The notes under the pieces are model-generated. The model saw only the letters and a program-made list of their open reading frames with translations, had not been told where the DNA came from and made no database searches. A stretch of 60,743 nt of DNA, filler included, from Sphacelaria rigidula (Eukaryota), in NCBI GenBank assembly GCA_964200075.2. It is 7 parts of 7 records of this genome, joined end to end, with 100 filler letters (N's around TTAATTAATTAA, not from the genome) between each part and the next. Parts side by side here need not be neighbours in the genome. Positions count along the whole stretch, not along the records: positions 43,461 to 52,052 come from CAXNAA020010663.1; positions 52,153 to 60,743 come from CAXNAA020010664.1; 5 more parts are not named here. One strand, 5' to 3'. Both the position numbers and the translations under genes were made by a program. Shown here piece after piece: positions 52,031 to 60,743 of this stretch; the stretch's first letter is position 1, and the number at the start of each line of letters is the position of its first letter.

Positions 52031-52717
52031 CTTCACATTAAAAACAGTTCCGNNNNNNNNNNNNNNNNNNNNNNNNNNNNNNNNNNNNNNNNNNNNTTAA
52101 TTAATTAANNNNNNNNNNNNNNNNNNNNNNNNNNNNNNNNNNNNNNNNNNNNCCTACAAAGCCGGGACGGAGCACGCCGGGTTCTCGCCGGACCAGGCTA
52201 AACACCCCCCCCCCCCCCCGAAACTAGCCCAAAATCTGTCGCGAAGAAAATGGTCGTAGAGCGCATGAGAACTGACTTCAGACTTCATAAATTCTCTCAC
52301 ATGGGGGGCATTGGCAAAACCGACGCCAAGCATTAGAGCTCCCAGCTTCTCGGTGCGCTCGGCTTTTGTCATCTTGGTTTACATGAAGATTTTGCCTCCT
52401 CTAATCAGCCATTTTTCTGCGGGGGAGCGGGGGGGGGGAGGGGGGGATGTACTCATGATCATGCATGGCATGGTCATCAGACCAGGGGGGGGGAGGGTTA
52501 TCGCGGCATTACTCCTCGAAGACACCATATGACTCCGCCGAGTTTTGATCAATTCCCTTCGACACACGAGTCTCTCCAGTTTGAGCAACAGGACCAGTGT
52601 GCGCTGCTGTCTACGGCGCATTGCGGCCTTCAAGTCTCATTGTATCCCAACTGCGGGTTACCCACTCCTATCTCAGAGACAGGATAGCAAAGGTCTGGAC
52701 CATCACGCGGCATCAAC

Positions 52718-53081
52718 TGTGTTGTGTGTGTGTGTTGTCGTCCCATCTATTCTGGGCGCAGGTTGACACCTTTCGGTATACGCTGGCGCACCAGCCGGGG
52801 TCACACAGGAAGAAGGTCAACACCGGAGCTTTTTCTCTTCTATATGTTTTTAGTGCCCGACCTTCCTTCTGCGGTGCTTGCCATTATTTTTTATCGCGAG
52901 AAGCGTGTAGCAGTCCCTTTCCCTCGTCGACCGTTGAGTCGAATTTGGTGTACCCACGGTATAGCCGCTCTCCAATGTTGGGCATTGTGTGAGAAAAACT
53001 CCCAGTTCGCTCCGAGCATTTGAACCCACGACGCAACCGTCAGAGGGTTTCGAGGTTACCAGCTGAGCCACCGGGTCGACC
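52718..53081 (-). mobile_element. tRNA-derived SINE family 1, complete, with (CA)n tail
   Basis: Reverse complement of 25697-25976 plus the 3' body; A box TGGCTCAGCTGG, B box GGTTCAAATGC. Confidence 0.85.
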
Positions 53082-56000
53082 GGCTTATCAACTGTAATGT
53101 GAAAACTAGGTTCCGCCACCAAGTAGGTTGGCTCTCTTGTTTTGTTCTCAGGAAATTAGTCAACCACGGTCATGTGGCAGGTTAGGGCCCCCTCCCGGTT
53201 AGGGACACTCTCTGGGTTATGGGCACCGGGGTCGTCATAGGGACATTGGGGGCCTCCAGTCGTGCGTGCGCCTGTTTTGAACATCTGACACCAACAGCTC
53301 GACTATACTCATATCAAGAATGGATAAGAATATAAATCTCGCAATGCCCTCACTGTAAACCATAACCGATCACCGACTCGGATGTTTGGCCTGACGAGGA
53401 CCGTAGCATCCAAAGACTTAGGCCGGAGTTGAACCCTTAACCCTGATAAAAAGGCTTCATCATTTTCTACTTTACTGTGCTGTTTGGCAACTACCATACC
53501 AACTTCAACCTGTGCCTCTGACGTTTTGGTCATTCATCCAGAAGCAGCCTCTGTTGTACGTCACCCGACATATCGCAACGATTAATCAGATCGGCAATTT
53601 GCACGTATGGGATATATCATACTCGCTCGGATACATTCTTCTCTCACCCGCCAGACATATCTATTTGTAGTCTTTGGGTGATCATGGCGAATATATGCAT
53701 AAAACAGCGCCCCGCAATCCTCTCACATGACACAAATTGTGACGTCGAGACACACGATCCAAAAGTGGAAGCCAGGCATCAGTACCCCGCCGATAAAGAG
53801 CTACGGACGATGCCGTTTTGGCAAAGGCAGCCTTTGGTCAGAGCGCGGTGTGGTTACCGAATCCTCGACTACTGCGAAACAGACGGCAATCGGGTGAGGC
53901 TCGTCTTTTTAAACGACATTTTACGACCTGGGCCAACCTAGGAAAAGAATTAAGCTCTCAAACCAATATCTCATCGACACAGACAAGTTGGGTTGTGGTT
54001 GGCATACTGTATTAATCGTCTAATCTAGGGGAAGGTGCCTATCTGCTAAACATTTTTGTTGATTAACCCCACGTCTAGTAACTCCTATACCGTACGGGGA
54101 TAGAGTCAATATGAACATCTATGTGAAGCCCCGAACGATACATTCAGCGGACGACAATGGCATTTTGTGTGGACACTCCCTGGTGCACGGGGAAACGATG
54201 GATGCCTTCACCTTCACCTGATTCGAGATCCTTCTCGAGATATGGCGCACATAAGATTTCATCCTAAAATCAATATTTTACGAGCAGAGGCACTAGATGC
54301 CCTAAATCTGGATATCGCGTCTCAGTTTTGGAGAGTTATGCTATGAAATTTTGTGTGGAGAACTGCTAGTGCATAATAAAGTTGTTTTTTAACAACTTTG
54401 GTCATTTTCTTCGTTTTTTCGTTTTTTTCGTGTTTCAAGAGGAGTTTTGAGGAGAAATAAACATCGCTCTTAGGCCTTATCTCCATTTTTTAACTCAATA
54501 TTTAGATTGTAATTTGAAACTTAGCATGAAGAACCACAGAGGTATGTCAAAAACAAATATTGGGCCTTTATGTTTTTCGGGGGGGGAGAGGTTCGGGCGT
54601 TCTCGTCAAAAAATGGTCGTGTGATGGTTTGTTCACACGATAACCGCTCCCCTTTACGAGGACGGTTGTCACGTGTTATTTTTCTGCTTCATGTTTCTGA
54701 TATTTTGTTCTCGCTGTTGCCAAGCGTACCCCTGGTCTTGCATTTGTTTTTGTTTTTGTTTTTGCGTCTATGTCGGGAATTTCGCAATGAGTGTTCCAAC
54801 GTTCCTGACCCTCGAGTCTCGAATGCTTGGCCTACTTTTTTTGCGAGTCCTGCACACGTGCGACTGACCTCGTTTAGATGAAGAGTCACGTGTAATCCGA
54901 CGCAACGGATGATTCATACTTTGGTGCTTGGTAAGTTACCACGAGGTTACCACTGGCCGCGCCGTACGTAACGATGTTGAGGAATTGTCATTGCAGTAGT
55001 GGAATATTTGGTTGCAAACGTCTCCTCAAACAGGACCATTACGTGTCATGATAGGATAGATTGCTCTTCCGGAACAGACCGTTCCGCCATGTCGATATTC
55101 GACCATTGGTACAGCCTACAGGCTCAGAGTCCACCACTCGCTATTTTTTTGTCAGTGCTTACACCAGATTTTTGCGTACGGTTCCCCGCCCATGAAATCG
55201 GTCGGTGGTGTTTCGTTTTTATCAGGGATTATTGGAGGAAGTAACGTGACGGTACGACCGGCGGTGGTTTTTACTCCAGTTTGTGTTCGAGCCAGTCTCG
55301 TTTTAGTCCGAACGGACAAATATCGTGAGGAGTGGACTGCGTTGGTCCTTTCTGTCCCGTGTATTTGTCGTGGCTCAAAAATGTGTTGGGCGATCCGCCT
55401 CGGAACTACGTAGTAGCCCCGATAGTTGCGTATCGATTCAATTACGTTTCTTTTGACGTGTACGGATACCCGACGTCACAAACCGGCCGGTTGTTTTCGT
55501 ATCTCGTCGTGTAAAAAAAAAAAGTGCTGCACGACTGGATCATCACCCAGACGTCCCTAGCAAGTCGTTGCTCTCACAAACATGTACCGACAATTAACTC
55601 ACGTCAACCGGGTTGATTTGTGCGTATCATGCGTATTTTATTTTTTGCGACGTATGGTTTTCGCGGGAAACCACCTTTTTCGCGACGAAATCGGCTGTAC
55701 ATTGTTAGCTTTTGCTGATTGATCGGGACGAGCGATTAGCGTGAAATTGGTTATCGCAGTGATATAATGCCTTGGCGGGCTTGCTTGTTTTCCTACCAAT
55801 GAACTGAAACTAATCGGACATCCGGGAAAGGGTGAACTGGTATTAGCATGATATAGTTATGGCAGGGTACGATGATCGTTTCAATGATGGGCCTCTGATT
55901 TCCTGTGGCTGTCCCGGAAATGCTCACGGCTTTTTGAGGACATTGCACTTGAGGTTATATCGGTTTGATTTTTTATGTCTATTTTTGATTTCCCATGTTC

Positions 56001-57119
56001 CCCCCTGAGATGCTCACGGAAATTGAGGACACAGTATCCTTGTATCGGTCCGGTTTTTATTCTTTACCTTGTTTTTTGTGTTTTGTGTTCGTTTTTTTCT
56101 TCTGTTTTTTTGTGTCGGTGGTACCTCATCGCTCCCCGTACCGAAGAATACTTGATCTTGGAAATAAGTCTCACTTTTCTGTGGTGTGGGAGTAGTGTGG
56201 CTCGATGCAAGTTCGTCCCTTCTGAAAAAGAAGTGCACTTGAACGATCCAGGGTGGGCTATTGTGATGGTATATGACCGCGTACGACAATTAAACTAGCA
56301 CAGTGGGATATCACAATTGTTTCACAAACAACGGGCGAGTTAGAGATGAGGATCCTAGTCGAAACTACGCTTGTTTAAAGTACAAATTGGACCATTCGCA
56401 CAGTTGAATTGGCGTTTTCATGAGTTTGTATTCGGACATTGCCTGTGTCGGATTAGTCATATGGAGCACACGCCTACCAATACTTGATTGATAGGAGGCA
56501 CACGCCGAAATGATTTTGTAATATGGCAGTTGTATGCGTGGCTAGGAGGGTTTGGGAAGGAACTCGCCTACACGAGCCCCACTTGCCCACAGACCGATCT
56601 ACAGACACCTTTCGGATATAAGAAGAGCTTTCAATCGTCACCTACCCCATCGACCTCTCCTGTTCTACTCGGTCTCAAGTCCACAGCTCGGACCACGTGA
56701 GCCGTAGAGAGTTGTGTGTATTTTGATCCTTCAAGTATACCCTTCGTTCCTGTTTTATCCTCATCCACCGATTGTCATTATCGTTCAGGCTTGGGTTATG
56801 TTTTCCCCAAAACAGCTGGAATTGTGTTGAGGTTGTGAACCTACAGCTTGGTCGAACGAGCCGAACACAGGAGCAGCTTGTCACATCTCTTTTCTGGGGT
56901 GCGGTTTGCTCTGCTACTGTTATACTATTACAGTCGTTACCATAATAAAACGTCCTAAACCAGTAATTTATATACATGAATATCAACCTGACTCACGTTT
57001 TTGGTATACTACGCCCTAGCGAGGTCCCACACGAAACTTCAATACACAAACACCAAACGTTGGCCGGTAAGTGGCCTGCAAAATACTGGTCCGAAATTCT
57101 ACCAACCCGGTTACCAAAC

Positions 57120-57484
57120 GGCCCACTCGCCGGCTAGTATTCAGAGTTGGACCCTCAAATTTGGTATGGACAATGAATAGAGCATGATAAAAACATTATC
57201 CGTGCACACAATTTGTTTTCATGGGTGAAGGGCGATAATCCATTTTCGGGTATCAGTGAAATGCCCTTGATGTAGGGCATAATGAAAAAATTACCCGTGC
57301 ACACAATTTTTTTCTCATGAGATGAGGGCAATCATCAGTGCTTCAGGCATCAGTAAAATGCCCTTGAATCATGAAAAGAAACGTGTATATATTTGTGTGC
57401 ACGTGTAATTTTGTGAGTATGCCTTATTCGTTGTTCATACCAATTTTGAGGGTCCAACTCTAAATTTTGACCGGCGAATGAGCC
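57120..57484. mobile_element. MITE with ~65-bp TIRs and internal ~95-bp direct repeats
   Basis: TCGCCGG..AGAGTTGGACCCTCAAA.TTGGTATG mirrored at 57420-57484; CCGTGCACACAATTT repeated. Confidence 0.7.
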
Positions 57485-58092
57485 TGCAAAGTACAAATTC
57501 TCTTCTAGGCTGGCCCAACTCGTAAAGCACTCAGACCAACAGAAACGAATGTAGAGTCGATTTCTGCAACAAAGGACACCCGGCATCATCTTCCCGTTCG
57601 TGCACACTTTTTGTACTATCGCTGAATCAGAACGATTGACTGACTTCGACTGACTAAATGTGTGTCGACTACCGCACATCAACTGATTCGCTACAAATCT
57701 AACCGTGATACCGGATAGCGTTTCCAAACGTGAATAGACGGAAACACCCATAAGTTATGCCAGAAAAAAAGACACGTCGAACTTGCACGGCTGTAAGCGA
57801 GGGGCTTCATGCAGGTCGTGTACGTGTGTATAGAATATCTTAGCTCAGTTTCGTACCTATTCGTCATGATAGCCAAGGCAAGAACACCCTGGAAACCGCT
57901 CAGTCGGTTGCCAATCCCAACCCGCATGAGAGGGCGATAAATGAGATATCTGCAGCAAATGGAAGACGGTGAGATGCGACGGGTCAGGCACTTCGACCAA
58001 GGTCGCCCGGGAGAACGTACAGAGACGATAAGACTCTGTTGGCGCTCGCTGTCAATAGCGTACTGATTATCGTGGAGTTAGAAACAACCTAA

Positions 58093-58524
58093 TGTTCAGG
58101 AAGCGAACAGTCTATACCCACTGGACCAGTGAGCGCTCACTGGTTCAATGTGTACACTGTTCGCTTCCTGAACAAATATATATGCGGTTCGAACCCCGGC
58201 ATGATCAACTGTGGAAGAAATGAGTCTGGCATGTGAACAGTGAGGCTTGCGAGGGGCAAGAGGCCTCGGAGATCACTGATGGAACCACGCAACATATATG
58301 TTTTGTTCAGGAAGCGAACAGTTCACCCATTGAACCAGTGGGCACATAGGTGGTCTCGGGGCATTTTGCCCCTCGCAAGCCTCACTGTTGACATGTCAAA
58401 CTCATTCCTTCCACAATCGATCATGCCGGGATTCGAACCGCGTATTTTTTGTTCGAGAAGCGAACAGTTTACCCATCGAACCAGTGAGCGCTCACTGGTT
58501 CAATGGGTAAACTGTTCCTGAACA
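58093..58524. mobile_element. foldback element built from tRNA-like SINE heads
   Basis: TGTTCAGGAA...TTCCTGAACA ends; CCTAA on both flanks; internal A box TGGTTCAAT(G/T)G and B box GGTTCGAA(C/T)CC on both strands. Confidence 0.8.
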
Positions 58525-58949
58525 CCTAATACACAGAAGCGCTATTCTCCCGAAACTTTATGCATGCAAAGTCTCGGCGTCGGACAACGTGGTAGGTCAT
58601 GTTCGTCCGGGCTTCCACTGCCCTTGAATCAGGCAACGAACAGGCACCGGCATTTAGCATGTACGAGCGGGTATCATTCACTAAGGTACGATCTCCATCG
58701 GGGATGCTCATGTCCATCTTCGACGGATAACTCGCATGTAAAATCCTAGTGCAATGTTCGCCTGAATCTAGGGTGTCCCCGGTGGACGCCGATCTGCAAT
58801 GAGGCATCTATCTGGCGCATCAATATACCTGCGGCAAGGATACCTCATCAGGAAGGTGGAAATCCTCTTGTAATATCTACCTGGGATGTGCATTCTGTAA
58901 CTATCAGGGACATGGATATCTATGCCGGGCGTGGATGACGACATGGAAT

Positions 58950-60110
58950 ATCCATTTGAAATTGGCACCTCTCGGAGGGACGTGCATCTGGAATGTGGAT
59001 GTCCATCTTCTGCTGCGGGGCGGGAGGGGGCATGGGAAAGGCTAGACAACATGAAGTGGTTTACAGTCAAGCAGTCGGTCATCAAGGGTGCGGCGTGACT
59101 TTCAACCTCGCAGTCAAAACGAACGCCGTCAGGTTTGCAGTTGTCTGTGCCCCTACAGACACATCAAAATCTAAGAGAAGACGAAGAAATGTTCTGGACA
59201 AAGTTGAATAGTGCTGTGAACCGAGTTCTCGACAACCATCACCTGTCGTATTGATTGACGTCAACGCTAGAACTGGGTGAGGACAGGAAAATAAGACGGT
59301 GAAAACAGTGCTGGCGCACGACCGAGACTCCCGAGCCAACGCCAGCAAAAGCACGCGCTACAAATTGAGGGTGACGACAGGCTTGCCCTGATCAACACGT
59401 ATTTTTTCACACCCAAGAACACGGGATCTTACAAACTGGGGATGTATCTTTATTGGGGAGGAGAAACCCGTAGAATTGACATCTTCATATCCACATCAAA
59501 TCTTCGAAGTATGTTTCAATTTCTTCACCCTACTGATAGCTACTGACAACTGCTACACGCCACATAGATTTGGATTTCGACCACCAAAATGTTGTGGTCC
59601 TAGGTCAAAAACCAATTTCGGAACCATTTTGGCGTCCGCTCGGACACCCGGAATTCCCCGAAATTGGTTCTTCACCTAGGACCCTAACGTTTCGGCTGTC
59701 GAAATCCAACTTTCTATGGTTTGTAGCAGTTGTCAAAAGCTATCAGTAGGTGAAGAAATGGAACCATGTTTCGAAAATTTCGTGCGGAAACGAAGATTTT
59801 AATTCTCCAGTACCTCATCTCCAATAAAAGATCCATCCCCAATTTGTAAGATCCCGTGTTCAAGGGAGGAACATCGCATACGTTCGACGATATTGCGAAT
59901 CGTCCTCCGGACAAAGCACGCACGAAGTGCATCCTCACATGGCAAGATCACCGCACTCTTGTTCGCGATATCGCCGTCCACCTTCAATCCTTCCACTCAC
60001 TGGATTCGGAACACAACATCGTGTGCGCCTCAGTGCGCCTCCTTGGTTGGTTCGCACGCAACATAACTCGGTGGAAACCCACTGGGCGTAAACGCATCTA
60101 CAGGCGGGCA
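58950..60110 (+). mobile_element. RTE-type LINE endonuclease remnant
   Basis: VVCAPTD, LIDVNARTG, LALINTYFFTPK|GGTSHTF, DSEHNIVCASVRL; interrupted by MITE B. Confidence 0.75.
59418..59860. mobile_element. foldback MITE family B, copy 2
   Basis: AACACGGGATCTTACAAA...TTTGTAAGATCCCGTGTT; CAAG duplicated; excision restores the LINE codons TPKGG. Confidence 0.9.
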
Positions 60111-60743
60111 GTAGGATCTGAGGCGGGGTCTTATCAGAAATGATTATCATTTTCCAAGAAATCATTTTGGTGAAAAATGACCGATGATTGGTTGCTGCAA
60201 TACCCCCCCCCCTGGCGCCACCCCTGCCCCCCCCCCCCGCCCGAAAAGTACCGAAAAATCACTTTTGCAGAAGTGATTTCAGAAAGTAAAAAAACACTTC
60301 CTGAAATCACTTTCGAAAAAAGTGATTTTGTGACACCTCGAACAGGAATATAAAACATCCCGTTGACGGGCATAACCGAAGTCTTGACGGACAAGTTAAG
60401 ACAATCAAACGTGAACCTGAGGATCGCGTTGCCCTCCCAAACCAAAACACACCGCTCGATTCATTGTTACTCATCAGCTGAGCACGCTGTGCGTGACCTT
60501 GCTCAAATCGGTTCAGAATTCAGTGAGAAATAAATAACAGCCGATTTTAAATTTTGGGGTTCAACACTAAAATGGGGCTGAAGTCGCATTTCTCTATTTC
60601 AGGGAAGATTCGAAAGAGTAACACAGAGCGAAACTACCTTCCCCCCCCAAACTCCGCAGGAGGACTTGACCGTCAGACCGCGAGAGTAGGTCACCTGCTG
60701 AATCGGCATCAATATTCACTTGGAAAAAGTACACGCGTGGTCC

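Noticed and set aside
53540-57100. Hidden gene in the long ORF-poor stretch
   Set aside because: No spliced frame or domain could be supported; it looks like non-coding or degenerate repeat sequence.

Overview
This is repeat-rich, intron-containing eukaryotic nuclear DNA. The spliceosomal intron style, TTAGGG repeats and repeat landscape suggest a stramenopile, probably a brown alga (inference, not verified). The window is not one locus: it is seven contigs (six of 8592 bp, the last 8591 bp) joined by 100-bp N/TTAATTAATTAA/N linkers, so nothing can be inferred across the linkers. Host genes: the 3' five exons of an aquaporin (35610-39076, with a GC-AG intron), a five-exon secreted protein with a duplicated Cys/Trp module and an EF-hand-like loop (48228-51740), a spliced unknown gene decaying at its 3' end (17385-21449, minus) and a probable signal-peptide exon (46348-46719). 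Mobile DNA dominates: a decayed Ty3/Gypsy LTR element with both LTRs and a chromodomain-like tail (2382-7884), a solo LTR, a near-complete LINE with a 63-bp monomer array at its 5' side, RTE-type LINE fragments, tRNA-derived SINEs and many MITE families. The most unusual signals are two non-autonomous elements with integrase-type TGT...ACA ends and exact 5-bp target duplications. One carries a (TTAGGG)n tract (38262-38476). The other is a foldback built from five tRNA-like SINE heads (58093-58524). All calls were made by eye, with no database searches.
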